A program made the translations under genes and the position numbers. This document shows, one piece after another, positions 1-10,149 of a DNA stretch of 64,000 bases. Each line of letters begins with the position of its first letter. Within the stretch, counting starts at the first letter, position 1. The DNA is taken from contig CBDCTZ010000012.1 in NCBI GenBank assembly GCA_965222375.1, positions 448,001 to 512,000 of the forward strand, in the 5' to 3' direction. Below the pieces are notes generated by a model. It saw nothing but the letters and a program-made list of their open reading frames with translations, was not told where the DNA came from and ran no database searches. This stretch comes from Polyangiaceae bacterium. Lineage in GTDB: Bacteria; Myxococcota_A; Polyangia; Polyangiales; Polyangiaceae.

Positions 1-49
1 CCACACAAGACAGACCCACGGCCAGAACGGCCGCCCACCTCCAGTTCAT
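1..49 (-). CDS. 5' fragment of a probable secreted protein or lipoprotein; runs off the window edge
   Basis: Minus-strand ATG at 49 reads MNWRWAAVLAVGLSCV..., a signal-peptide-like N-terminus; lies downstream of moxR on the same strand. Confidence 0.4.
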   Translation of the reverse strand, partial: MNWRWAAVLAVGLSCV

Positions 50-113
50 GGCAAAGAGTAGAGGCAGTGCTGCCGCCCCGGGTCAACGACCCTCCGGGAA
101 ATGAGGCGTTTTC

Positions 114-1085
114 TCAGACCGGCCGGGGGGCCTTGCGGTAGCCGACCCGCGAAAGGGCCTCATCCACCACGGCCTCTCGGGCCTGAAAGTCGCCTTCGAG
201 CTCCGGGCTCATGATCAGGCGGTGGCCCAATACGGGGCCTGCCACGAAGCGGACGTCGTCCGGGGTTGCATAGGCCCGCCCGCTGAGCACCGCGTGCCCC
301 TTGGCCGCTCTCAGCAGCGCAAGGGACGCCCGGGGGGATGCGCCCAATACCACGCGGGGGTGATTCCGTGTGAAGTTGGTCAGGGCGACTGCGTAGTCGT
401 AGATGTCGTCTTCGACATGCACGCGTGCGGCGATGGATTGCAGCTGGGAAACGTCCGTCGCTGACAGCACACCATCTGGTTCCGGCGCGACCACGCCGTG
501 GGCCCGCAGCATCGCGACTTCATCCCGCTCGGTGGGGTAGCCCATGTTCACCCGCACCAAGAAACGATCGATCTGTGCTTCCGGCAGCGGATAGGTGCCT
601 TCCAGATCGATGGGATTCTGGGTCGCCAGGACGAAGAAGGGGTCCGGCAAGTCGTAGCGATCACCTTCAATGGTGACTTGCCTTTCCTGCATTGCTTCCA
701 GCAGCGCGGATTGCGTTTTGGCTGGAGCGCGGTTGATCTCGTCTGCAAGCACGACGTTCGCGAAGATGGGGCCCGAGCGGAGGGCGAAGGTGCCGTCCTT
801 GGGCGACAGCACGTAAGTGCCCAGAATGTCCGCGGGCAAGAGATCGGGAGTGAACTGGATGCGACGCACGGAACAGCCCAGGGTCGCCGCGTACGCCTTG
901 ACCAGTGTGGTCTTGGCGACTCCGGGAACACCTTCCAGCAACACGTGGCCGCGAGAGAGCAGAGCCACGAGCATCAGCTGCACGGGCGCAGCGTCGCCGA
1001 TGTACACCTTGGAAACCTCGGTGCGCACGGCGCCCAGGCGCTCCTGGGCGGCCTGGACTTCATTGAGCTCGAGAGCCTGGCTCAC
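114..1085 (-). CDS. moxR: MoxR-family AAA+ ATPase
   Basis: GHVLLEGVPGVAKT (Walker A), RIQFTPDLLPAD, LADEINRAPAKTQSALLEAMQE, ATQNPIDLEGTYPLPEAQIDRF. Confidence 0.95.
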   Translation of the reverse strand: MSQALELNEVQAAQERLGAVRTEVSKVYIGDAAPVQLMLVALLSRGHVLLEGVPGVAKTTLVKAYAATLGCSVRRIQFTPDLLPADILGTYVLSPKDGTFALRSGPIFANVVLADEINRAPAKTQSALLEAMQERQVTIEGDRYDLPDPFFVLATQNPIDLEGTYPLPEAQIDRFLVRVNMGYPTERDEVAMLRAHGVVAPEPDGVLSATDVSQLQSIAARVHVEDDIYDYAVALTNFTRNHPRVVLGASPRASLALLRAAKGHAVLSGRAYATPDDVRFVAGPVLGHRLIMSPELEGDFQAREAVVDEALSRVGYRKAPRPV

Positions 1086-2434
1086 GACCGCCTCTTATCA
1101 CGCTCTGCGACTTCGGCGAGCAGAGCGAGGGCAGTCGTGCGGGCGGCCTGGAGCTGCGCCGGCGTCACGCGCATCGGTTGCGCTGCCATTACAGCCAATT
1201 CTGCACGTCGGAGCTCACCGAATAGCTGGCCCAAGCGGGCCAAGGACGATGGGCTGAGCAGCTCCCGGGCCGCCACTTCGTGTTGGAGCTGCTCCGAGGA
1301 AGTCTTCTCGGGCAGGCCCAGGCGGTGGGCGAGATCCTCCTCGAGGGCGGCCTTGATTTCCAACATGGGTAGGGCGCGGTGGGTCGTGGGTGCCGCCAGC
1401 ACCGCCGCACGCCCGGCGACTCCCCCCTGGGCAACCAGGGGTTGTTCCGCGGCGTAGCGCGGAGGCGTTCGCTTGTAGGTCTTGAGCGTGCGGCGACCGA
1501 CCCACACGGCTCCTAGGGCGCTAACCCCGACCGCCAACAGTAGCGCGAGGGGCCCGGGGATTCCGTCTTGGTGCATGTCACCCAAGATCTCTTTCACGTC
1601 CGTGAGGTATTCCTTGAACTCACCAGACAAGCCCGCGTCCCCGCCATAACTGCCCCGCTGGCGAAACGCGCCGCTCACGATGTACAGCTTGCCGCCTCTG
1701 GCACCCCATGTGTCGTCTTCGACCAGATAGGTAATCAGCCCGTCAGCAAATGAGCGGTTTCCCGGGTAGCGCAGCATCAAGTTGATGACCACGCTTGGAT
1801 CCCCCATTACGAACAAGCGTCCGCGGCTCGCGATTACCCCAGTGACGGCAAGGGTGGCGTTTGGCTCGCCGATCGCGGGAATGTCCAAAACGGGCGTGAG
1901 ATTCGGGTGGGTGAGGCAGGATGGATGGTTGGTGACCACTTCGCCGACGTTCTTGACGATGGGATGGCGCCCCTCTTCGTGGCCTGCCACCTGCTGAACC
2001 GATGGGACTGCCACGGCGTAGCCGGGATTGCTGCGAAGCGTTCGAGCCGGCTTGAGGGGAGCTCCGATGCGGCGGATCTGGAAGTGCTCCAACAGCGTGG
2101 CCCCCTCCCCAAAGTCATCGAGCAGCGCCACTCTTCCGCCAGCGCGCATGAAAGCGCTCGCTTCGTTGTATTCGAGATCGGCTTCAGGATGCAGGACGAG
2201 TAAGCCATCGCCAGGTTTGAGCGCTTCCCAATCCAGCGTCGCGACGAGTTCGACGCGCATTGCACCCAATCGCGAGCGCGCTATTGCAAGCAGGTCGCTC
2301 GTTCCTTCCCAGCTTGGATCGTTCGCCGCGAACGGCGCGGCGCGGCTGTCTAGGGCAAATATCATCACCCCGACGACGAGCGCATAAATCGAGAGCTTTG
2401 GAGGGTTTGTGGCCAACTTGGACCGCACGTACAT
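1082..2434 (-). CDS. DUF4350-like membrane-anchored protein (MoxR-associated)
   Basis: N-terminal hydrophobic segment, WEGTSDL, GGRVALLDDFG, GRLFVMGDPSVVIN, C-terminal TM; 4-nt overlap with moxR start; ATG 2434 preferred over the track start. Confidence 0.7.
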   Translation of the reverse strand: MYVRSKLATNPPKLSIYALVVGVMIFALDSRAAPFAANDPSWEGTSDLLAIARSRLGAMRVELVATLDWEALKPGDGLLVLHPEADLEYNEASAFMRAGGRVALLDDFGEGATLLEHFQIRRIGAPLKPARTLRSNPGYAVAVPSVQQVAGHEEGRHPIVKNVGEVVTNHPSCLTHPNLTPVLDIPAIGEPNATLAVTGVIASRGRLFVMGDPSVVINLMLRYPGNRSFADGLITYLVEDDTWGARGGKLYIVSGAFRQRGSYGGDAGLSGEFKEYLTDVKEILGDMHQDGIPGPLALLLAVGVSALGAVWVGRRTLKTYKRTPPRYAAEQPLVAQGGVAGRAAVLAAPTTHRALPMLEIKAALEEDLAHRLGLPEKTSSEQLQHEVAARELLSPSSLARLGQLFGELRRAELAVMAAQPMRVTPAQLQAARTTALALLAEVAERDKRRS

Positions 2435-2583
2435 GGCATAGCGCACTGCGGCGTAGATAAGAATGATCGATAAAACCCCTTTTGGGGTTGAGCTGAAGCG
2501 CCGTTCTGACCCTATAACGGGGATGTAAGTCAGATTGACCGGATAAGCCGGAAAAACAAACGCAAACTTGACCCGCAATCCTG

Positions 2584-2599
2584 CGGCATTAAATTGGCA
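2584..2599 (+). promoter_or_regulatory. Possible sigma54 (-24/-12) promoter for the small ORF at 2623
   Basis: CGGCATTAAATTGGCA has exact GG-N10-GC spacing, in an AT-rich intergenic region 24 nt before the ATG. Confidence 0.35.
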
Positions 2600-2622
2600 T
2601 AAGACATCCCTGCGAGGCGCTC

Positions 2623-2799
2623 ATGCTACCCCCCTTCATCATCGAGCAGATCCGGCGCCGTGAAGAAGAAGAGGCGCGGCGCGGGCAGGAGAACCAGCCT
2701 CGGCTGGAGCTACCCGTCGACGCCATCCCGCCCCGGCCGAGTCGGGACGACGACGAGGACGACGACGACCGCGGCGTCACCATCCTCGATCTGGGCTGA
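2623..2799 (+). CDS. Small 58-aa charged protein (not in ORF track)
   Basis: MLPPFIIEQIRRREEEEARRGQENQPRLELPVDAIPPRPSRDDDEDDDDRGVTILDLG*; GAGG RBS at 2614-2617; GC3-rich codons; fills the intergenic gap. Confidence 0.8.
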   Translation: MLPPFIIEQIRRREEEEARRGQENQPRLELPVDAIPPRPSRDDDEDDDDRGVTILDLG

Positions 2800-2871
2800 A
2801 TTCCCCTGAGAAGCCCCGTGGGCGCAAGGTGATTGCGGCATCGCGCACTGATCACTAGGCTCCGGGCGCTC

Positions 2872-4527
2872 ATGCTTCGACTGCGCGCTCTTGCTTGCTC
2901 AGCACTGCTCTGCGCGACCGGGTGCTTCGACCCGGGCGAGGGCGTCGAGCCCCCCTTGTCTCGGATCTACTTCCCGGTCGGCATCGCGGTCTCTCCTGCC
3001 CAAACGCGCTTGTACGTCGCGAACAGCGACTTCGACCTGCAGTTCAACGGCGGCTCGCTGCAGGCCTTCGACCTGGAGCGCCTGCGCAGTATCGCACCCA
3101 AGCCCTGCGAGTCCGACGCGGACTGCGAGTCCGACCAGCGGTGTGATACTCAGCCCACTGCGGAAAACGGCGACGCACCGAGCTTCTGGTGCGTGGACAC
3201 TGGTGGTGCGCATGCGGGCAAGCCATGCGGCGCGCTCAATGAGACAAGCGCAGCAGGCAAGGTGCTGCTCCCTGGCCGCTGCGGATCAATCGACGTCAAG
3301 AAGCCCGCAGACGGCGGCCCCCCCGTACTGCTGGCTGCTGTGGGCATTGGTGCCTTCGCGACGGACGTGATCTTTCGCTCGCGTCCAAATGGCCCGGGTG
3401 GCCGGTTGTTCGTGCCAGTGCGCGGCGACGCAACACTCCACTACATCGACGTCGCCGACGATTCAGACTCGGGGAGCGTACCTTTCGAGTTGGAGTGCGG
3501 GCAATCCGGGGCCGGCGGCGACTGTGACGATCGCCATCGCCGCGGAGACGACCCAGACGAGGAAAATACCCGTGGATTGCGCCTGTCACAGGAGCCCTTT
3601 GGCATCGATGCCACACCAGCTGGGAATGCTCTGGTGCTCACCCACCAGACCGAAGGCGCTGTTTCGCTATTCGTCAACGATGACGAATCCTGGGGCGATG
3701 GCACCAACGGATTCGGGGTCGGGCCCAAGCTGGAGTTTGCTGTGGGCGGGCTGCCCCAACGGCCCATTGGCGTCGCAATGATTCCGGAGCCGCAATTCGT
3801 ATTGGAATCCGATGTGTTTTATCAACCCGGCTTCCTGGTGACATTTCGGAACGCCGCGGAGGTAGCGCTGATCCGCTACTTCGACGATGCAGGTTCTCAG
3901 CCGCCGCGGCCCTTCATCCAGCCATCCGGCGGCGCCAGCATCACCGTGAATTCTCTCGGCTTTGACAGTCGGGGCATTGCCATCGAGGGCTCCCAACGAA
4001 AGGCCTGTGAAGCGGCATGTCCGGCGAACGCAGGAACGCCGCGGATGGACTGCCTGGAACAATGCGCCGGCGTGCCGCTCCGGGTCTTCATTGCGAACCG
4101 CTCTCCATCGAGTTTGCTCATCGGTCAGACTCGCCCCAACTTGAGCGCTACCGCGAGTGACGATCTGCCCCAGTTCTTCGACAGTGTGCCGCTGCCCTTC
4201 GGTCCTTCCAGGGTCGTGGTCGGCAACGTTATCGACGAAGCCGGTGTGCTGAGTCCGCGTGTGTTCGTTGTCTGTTTCGATTCCCGCAAGATCGGGGTCT
4301 ACGATCCCGAGGGGCGGCGCGTCGAGAAGTGGATCGAAACAGGTCGCGGACCCCACGCCGTCGCCGTGGACACCGTGCTCAGTGCGGACGCGAGTCACGC
4401 CTACGCCTACGTCGGACACTTCACGGATTCCTACGTTGGTGTCGTGGATCTGGATCAGCGCAATCGAACCTACGGCAGCATGGTCATGACCCTGGGACGC
4501 CCCAGTCCACCGAGGGCTTCGAAATGA
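2872..4527 (+). CDS. Lipoprotein with YVTN/YncE-like beta-propeller repeats
   Basis: Lipobox ALLCATG-C; repeats such as FPVGIAVSP..RLYVANSDFD, GRGPHAVAVD..YAYVGHFTDSYVGVVDLD; paired Cys inserts. Confidence 0.75.
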   Translation: MLRLRALACSALLCATGCFDPGEGVEPPLSRIYFPVGIAVSPAQTRLYVANSDFDLQFNGGSLQAFDLERLRSIAPKPCESDADCESDQRCDTQPTAENGDAPSFWCVDTGGAHAGKPCGALNETSAAGKVLLPGRCGSIDVKKPADGGPPVLLAAVGIGAFATDVIFRSRPNGPGGRLFVPVRGDATLHYIDVADDSDSGSVPFELECGQSGAGGDCDDRHRRGDDPDEENTRGLRLSQEPFGIDATPAGNALVLTHQTEGAVSLFVNDDESWGDGTNGFGVGPKLEFAVGGLPQRPIGVAMIPEPQFVLESDVFYQPGFLVTFRNAAEVALIRYFDDAGSQPPRPFIQPSGGASITVNSLGFDSRGIAIEGSQRKACEAACPANAGTPRMDCLEQCAGVPLRVFIANRSPSSLLIGQTRPNLSATASDDLPQFFDSVPLPFGPSRVVVGNVIDEAGVLSPRVFVVCFDSRKIGVYDPEGRRVEKWIETGRGPHAVAVDTVLSADASHAYAYVGHFTDSYVGVVDLDQRNRTYGSMVMTLGRPSPPRASK

Positions 4528-7493
4528 ACACTGAGCGCCTGGCACTGCTCGCGTTCATGGTGCTCGCCACTACCCTGGGCGCGTGCACTGAAACGCCCGT
4601 GTCGTTGCCGCTGCGTTCCTTGGAGCGCAGCGGAGAGGTGTCCTTCGCTTGTGTGAGTCCGTCTGGGGAGGGCGCGCATATCAACGTGTGTCCCGACTTC
4701 GATGGTGAGCGGCGCATGCTCGCGCTGGTGACTCAAACCTTACGTGGCGAGGTGGCGGTCGTGGATCTGTCGGCGGGGGCAGTCGTGGACTACGATCCGG
4801 GCACGCCGGGCTTCAGTTTCATCCCTGTGGGTGAAATCCCCGTGGACATCGTGACCACACCGGGAGGTGTTGCGAGCTTCGTCGGCATTGGCGCTGCCAA
4901 TCATGAAGGCATCGTGGCCTTGCCGTCGTCTTGTCTGAGAGCGCCCGCCCGAGATCTCACGACCTGGCCCGCGTGCTCGCTCCCCTCCGCGCCGGGCCAG
5001 ATGCAGGTTCTCATCGATCCCGCCGACGCTCAGGGTCGCATCCGCGCGAGTTGCGATACTGCGGCCAGCATGGACGCGGCGACGCCAGGCACTGCGCTGG
5101 CCGCCAGTCGCGCCGAATGTCCCGCCGACTTGGCTCTCGAGGTGGTGGAACCAGGCCGCCGGAAGCTCTTGGTCGAAATGCCCGACCTGGGGGGATTCGC
5201 TGTCATCGACGCTCAAGAATTGCTGGACCGTGAGCCGGGATCCTTTGACCCCTGCAGCGTAGAACGCTTCCTCCCCCTCGATGTGAAGCTTCCTCCGGGC
5301 GACATCCTGCAGCCGGTACCAGCAGATCTACAGGCGCCGGGCTGTGTGGCGCCCGAAGTCAACTATGGGCCGCGACCCAACGGCTTCCTGCCACGGCCCG
5401 CGGGTTTCGAGATTGCTGACGGTACGCTGTATGTCGCGGATCAGGGCGCGCCGGTGGTGCACGTCGTCGACGCCAAGCAGCCCTGCGCCATGTCGGAGCT
5501 GCCGCCCCTGTTGCCGGTCTCCTTCGAAGCTCAAAACCGCGTTGTCACGACCCGAAAGATCGCAGTGAGCCCGCCGACCCGGGTGGGGCAGCGCTTCTTG
5601 TACGCCATCGACGAGCTCGAGGGCAGCGTGATGGTGTTCGATGTGACGCCTGGAACCAGCAATCGCACGCCCATCGTGCGCACCGGCTCCCCACGTCTGC
5701 CCTTCGAGCCGCCGGACAGGATCTCATTCTCTTCGCCAGCCCGGGATATTTCCTTCGCGCTCCGCGACGCTCCCGCCACGGACCCCGAAACCGGTGTCGG
5801 AACTGTCGGCGCATTGTGCGACCCGGACCCGAGCATAGACCTGAACTCGCCCGCGGCTCAGTACCGCACCACCCTTGACTACACTCGAGGCGCGCGGCCC
5901 CGACAGTTGCGGGGGGTCTTCGGTTTCATCGCCTTGGCCAGCGGTCAGATCGCCGTCGTGGACGTGGAGGATTGGGACGCCGCGTGTCGACGACCGATCC
6001 GTGCCAATTCGAGTCCTGAGGAGGACTTCCGAGGTTGCGCGGGAGATCCGGACGAGCCCGAGTTCTACACACTGGATTCAACGGTGGAGGGACGGCGCAC
6101 TGTCTCCGGGGAGGCATCTTGCGGGATCTTCGCGCCGCACCGGTCGCGGAGCGGCAGCTTCGTCATCAGCGCCAACGACATCGGGACGCGCGCGCCGGCA
6201 ATACGATCCTTCCCCCGGCTTCGTGCTTCCGAAGGCGGCAACTTGCCAACGGATCAGAGTGAGGAGGGCAAGCAGAATCCGAAAATCCTGGCTGTGGATT
6301 TCGATGCGCCCGGTGGCGGAGCGCAGCCCGCAGAGGTGTTTATCAGCACCAATCGATTCGTCCACGGCTCGAGCAGCGCTGCGACGGATCTGGTGATCGA
6401 GCCGGACGCCGCGGAGCGCATGTCCGTGGCGCTGATGCTCAAACAGCCGCGAGCCTTTGCCGAGGAAGATGTCCTCGTGGAGTATGAAGGAGCACTGAGC
6501 GCCGAGCGGCCTGCGGGGTTTCTCCAGATGGGTGCGCCAGGTGCAGATAGCGTGTTGCGTGACGCAGATGGCGGTTTCTGCAATCGAGGCGTCGAGGACA
6601 TGGCGCTCGCTCGTGAAGTGGCAGTCGAGCAAGGCGTCGATGCCGGCAAGTTGGATGCCTACGCCAACCGCCACGCAGACTACGTGCAGGTCACTAGCAA
6701 TCTGCGCTCTGCGGACGATCGCTATTGGACACAAGGTGCCGGCGGTAGCTGCGGCGGTGTCAGCGGCAAGGCCGCGTTCTTCAGCTGTCGAAACTTCTTC
6801 GGCACTGCTGACGCGCCCTCGCCGAACCGGGATCTGGCCATTGTAGAGGCCCGCCAGGCCGAGCTGATCGTCACTCCGCGGGGCGCTTCAAAGCCTGAGG
6901 ACCGGCTGAACAAACTCGATCAGCTTGCGTGCTGCTTCGGTGGCGCGGCGTTGCGCTACAAAGTGCGGGCGGGGCACCAGTGGATCTTGAAGGGTGGGCG
7001 GTCCGGTTTCCGGCACAACGTGGTGGCGGATGCAGACTTGCGCTGCATCCGTGATTGCAACCCGCGGCGCAGTCTGCTCCGCAGTCGCATTCTGGAGATA
7101 TCGAGTAGCTCCTGCCCCGCCCCGGGCAGTGACGAGGTCACAACATGTGGCATCGGACGAGCGACCAGCGCCGACGCGGCCTGCGTCGTTTCGAGCCAGG
7201 CGGCAGTGTCGCCGGGTAGTCCAGGCGCCGAGTGCATCTTCGAGAACTTGATGTATCGCTTTGCGGTGTATCGCGGCAATCAACCCAGCCAGCGGGACAT
7301 GGCGTTCTCCTTTCAGCTCGTCGGAGGCTACGCGCCTCTCGTGGCAAACCTCGCGGCCCAGACCGCAGCCGTGTCGCCGCAAGCCATGACCTTCGTGCCG
7401 CAGCTGGGCCAACTCGCGGTCGTGGACGGGGCCGCCGAGGGGCTGGTCTTGGTCAGCCTGGACACGGTCGGTATCTCCCGTCTGTTCTTCTGA
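4524..7493 (+). CDS. Large Cys-rich lipoprotein with beta-propeller-like segments
   Basis: ATGA overlap with upstream stop; signal MNTERLALLAFMVLATTLGA-C; GEVAVVDL, TLYVADQG, QLAVVDGAAEGLVLVSLD motifs. Confidence 0.75.
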   Translation: MNTERLALLAFMVLATTLGACTETPVSLPLRSLERSGEVSFACVSPSGEGAHINVCPDFDGERRMLALVTQTLRGEVAVVDLSAGAVVDYDPGTPGFSFIPVGEIPVDIVTTPGGVASFVGIGAANHEGIVALPSSCLRAPARDLTTWPACSLPSAPGQMQVLIDPADAQGRIRASCDTAASMDAATPGTALAASRAECPADLALEVVEPGRRKLLVEMPDLGGFAVIDAQELLDREPGSFDPCSVERFLPLDVKLPPGDILQPVPADLQAPGCVAPEVNYGPRPNGFLPRPAGFEIADGTLYVADQGAPVVHVVDAKQPCAMSELPPLLPVSFEAQNRVVTTRKIAVSPPTRVGQRFLYAIDELEGSVMVFDVTPGTSNRTPIVRTGSPRLPFEPPDRISFSSPARDISFALRDAPATDPETGVGTVGALCDPDPSIDLNSPAAQYRTTLDYTRGARPRQLRGVFGFIALASGQIAVVDVEDWDAACRRPIRANSSPEEDFRGCAGDPDEPEFYTLDSTVEGRRTVSGEASCGIFAPHRSRSGSFVISANDIGTRAPAIRSFPRLRASEGGNLPTDQSEEGKQNPKILAVDFDAPGGGAQPAEVFISTNRFVHGSSSAATDLVIEPDAAERMSVALMLKQPRAFAEEDVLVEYEGALSAERPAGFLQMGAPGADSVLRDADGGFCNRGVEDMALAREVAVEQGVDAGKLDAYANRHADYVQVTSNLRSADDRYWTQGAGGSCGGVSGKAAFFSCRNFFGTADAPSPNRDLAIVEARQAELIVTPRGASKPEDRLNKLDQLACCFGGAALRYKVRAGHQWILKGGRSGFRHNVVADADLRCIRDCNPRRSLLRSRILEISSSSCPAPGSDEVTTCGIGRATSADAACVVSSQAAVSPGSPGAECIFENLMYRFAVYRGNQPSQRDMAFSFQLVGGYAPLVANLAAQTAAVSPQAMTFVPQLGQLAVVDGAAEGLVLVSLDTVGISRLFF

Positions 7494-7495
7494 GG

Positions 7496-10102
7496 ATGGC
7501 TGGGCCGCGCACCCCGGTCATGCAACAGCACGCCCGCGCGAAGCAGGCGTACCCCGACGCGATCGTGTTTTTTCGCCTTGGGGATTTCTACGAAATGTTC
7601 GGCGACGACGCCGTGCTGGTATCGCGACTGCTCGACCTGACGTTGACCAGTCGCAACCGTGGCAAGCCCGATGAAGTGCCGATGGCCGGAGTGCCTCACC
7701 ATGCGGCGCACCAGTACCTAGCGCGGCTTCTCGATCTCGGACACAAGGTGGCCATCTGCGAGCAGATGGCCGATCCCTCCACGGTGAAAGGCATCGTACC
7801 GCGAGAGGTCGTGCGTGTGCTTACGCCCGGGTTGATCACCGAGGGGCAGCACCTGGATGCGAAGTCGAACAACTGGCTGGCGGCTGTGGATAGCACCGAG
7901 GCCGGGGTCGGAGTTGCGCTCTTCGACCTTTCCACTGGCGAACTGCTCGCGGCGCAGTTGCCGAATTTGGCGGCGGGTTTCGGAGAGTTGGCCCGGGCCG
8001 GGCCGCGAGAGGTCTTGCTCGGCTTCGAGTCAGAGGCCGACGCCGAGGCCGCGAAAGAGGCTCTGGCCGTGATGATGGCAGCGGTGTTGCGCCCCGATGA
8101 GGAACTGGAGGAATCCGGCGTGGACGCCGCCCTGGGCGCGCTGGCGCCAGACGCAGAAGGAGCGGCGCCGGCGGCAAGGCGTGCTGCTGCTCGGGTGCTG
8201 CGCTTTGCCCAGGCCTGCCACCCAGGCCAAGCCTTGCCGATTCAACGGATTGCGCGTTGGGAGCCGGACGCAGCGATGGCGTTGGAGGCCACCGCGCAAC
8301 GACATCTGGAGCTCACTGAGTCCACGTCTGGGGTCAAACAAACGACTTTGCTTGCGGTACTGGACGCGACTGCGTCTTCGGCCGGCGGCCGCCTGCTGCG
8401 CCGTCGCTTGTTGGCGCCCCTGACGGATGTGGAACGCATCCGCCGTCGACACGATCTGGTGGAGCTTTTTGTCGTGCATTCCCGCTTGCGGGAAGCAGCC
8501 AAGGTCGAACTCGGGAAAGTGACGGACCTGGAACGTGTCGTGACCCGAGCGCTATTGGCCGAGGCTACGCCCCGAGACCTCGGGCTGCTGCGGGATGGGC
8601 TCACGGCGGGTGGCGCTCTCGTGAAACTCTTGGTCGAAAGCTCCGACGCTGCCATGCACGACACCTTGGGCATCGCCGACGGTCCACCGGACGTGGTGGC
8701 GGACGTGCAGGACGAGCTGTCCCGCGCCCTCGTGGAGCGCCCGCCGGCGCAGGCCAAGGAAGGGCACATCTTTGCGCCCGGCTACGACGCCGAGTTGGAC
8801 GAACTCTCCCAGCTCGCCCAGAGCGGTGCCGGCGCCATGGTGGAGCTGGAGGAACGGCTCCGACAAGAGCTGAACATCTCCAAGCTCAAGGTTCGCTACA
8901 CCCGGGTGTTCGGCTGGTACGTTGAAATCGGCAAGAGCCACTCGGGAAGCGTGCCCAAAGATTTCCGTCGCAAGCAGACCGTGGCAGCTGGTGAGCGCTA
9001 CACGCTACCCGAGCTCGATGAACTCTCCGATCGCGTGGAGCAGGCCGAAGCTCAGCAACGCCAGAGGGAACTGCACTTGCTCAAGAGCCTGGTGTCGACG
9101 GTGGCGGACGCAGCTGAGCGGATCCGAAAGCTCTCTGCGCGGCTCTCTTGCTGGGACGTCGCTGTCGCTCTGGCGGAGGTTGCCCACCGCTACGACTACT
9201 GCCGGCCCGAGGTGGACGACAGCCAGGCCTTGGAGATTGTCGAGGGGCGACACCCAGTGGTGGAACGCCTCGCTGCGCTGGGTCGCTTCGTGCCCAACGA
9301 CGTGCGGCTCGACGTGGCCCAGGAACGCTTGTGGCTGATCACTGGCCCCAACATGGCCGGCAAGAGCACACTGCTACGCCAGGTGGCGCTTACCGCCGTG
9401 ATGGCGCAGCTGGGCAGCTTCGTGCCAGCGTCCTCAGCGCGCATTGGGGTGGTGGACCGGGTTCTGTCCCGGGTCGGCGCCAGCGATGACGTGGCCCGGG
9501 GCGAAAGCACATTCATGGTCGAGATGCGCGAGACAGCTGAGATCCTGCACACAGCGACCCGTCGTTCCCTGGTCATCCTGGACGAGATTGGCCGCGGGAC
9601 GAGCACGTTCGACGGCCTGGCCATCGCCTGGGCTGTCGCCGAACACCTGGATCGCGCCGTGAAGTGTCGGGCATTGTTTGCGACGCACTATCATGAGCTC
9701 ACCCGCTTCGCGGACAGCAGCGAGCACACCGCAAACTACAGCGTGAGCGCGCGAGAGGTCGGAGACGACATCGTGTTCTTGCACCGACTAGTTCCGGGCG
9801 CAGCGAGTCGGAGCTATGGAATCGCGGTCGCCAAGTTGGCAGGGCTGCCAGGCAGCGTTCTGGCCCGCGCTCAGGCGCTCCTCGAAAGCCTCGAGTCAGG
9901 CCGTTCAGCCAGCCCGGGTTCGAATTTTGGAGCGAGCGCGGAAAGCGAAAGCCAACTCGATCTATTCAGCGCAACGCCGGAGCCGACCGGGGCCGAGAAG
10001 GAAGTCATCGACACGCTACACGCCGTGGACATTCAGCGCATCACTCCGCTGGACGCGCTGAATTTGCTGTCGCAGCTGGTCGACCGCCTGGCCAAGCGTT
10101 GA
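7496..10102 (+). CDS. mutS: DNA mismatch repair protein MutS
   Basis: TPVMQQH, FFRLGDFYEMF, ITGPNMAGKSTLLRQ, STFMVEM, LDEIGRGTSTFDG, ATHYHEL, SYGIAVAKLAG; C-terminal QLDLF clamp motif. Confidence 0.98.
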   Translation: MAGPRTPVMQQHARAKQAYPDAIVFFRLGDFYEMFGDDAVLVSRLLDLTLTSRNRGKPDEVPMAGVPHHAAHQYLARLLDLGHKVAICEQMADPSTVKGIVPREVVRVLTPGLITEGQHLDAKSNNWLAAVDSTEAGVGVALFDLSTGELLAAQLPNLAAGFGELARAGPREVLLGFESEADAEAAKEALAVMMAAVLRPDEELEESGVDAALGALAPDAEGAAPAARRAAARVLRFAQACHPGQALPIQRIARWEPDAAMALEATAQRHLELTESTSGVKQTTLLAVLDATASSAGGRLLRRRLLAPLTDVERIRRRHDLVELFVVHSRLREAAKVELGKVTDLERVVTRALLAEATPRDLGLLRDGLTAGGALVKLLVESSDAAMHDTLGIADGPPDVVADVQDELSRALVERPPAQAKEGHIFAPGYDAELDELSQLAQSGAGAMVELEERLRQELNISKLKVRYTRVFGWYVEIGKSHSGSVPKDFRRKQTVAAGERYTLPELDELSDRVEQAEAQQRQRELHLLKSLVSTVADAAERIRKLSARLSCWDVAVALAEVAHRYDYCRPEVDDSQALEIVEGRHPVVERLAALGRFVPNDVRLDVAQERLWLITGPNMAGKSTLLRQVALTAVMAQLGSFVPASSARIGVVDRVLSRVGASDDVARGESTFMVEMRETAEILHTATRRSLVILDEIGRGTSTFDGLAIAWAVAEHLDRAVKCRALFATHYHELTRFADSSEHTANYSVSAREVGDDIVFLHRLVPGAASRSYGIAVAKLAGLPGSVLARAQALLESLESGRSASPGSNFGASAESESQLDLFSATPEPTGAEKEVIDTLHAVDIQRITPLDALNLLSQLVDRLAKR

Positions 10103-10149
10103 TCTCCCACGGTTCTGAAGGGCCCGCCCCGTCGTGCTATCCAATCCAG

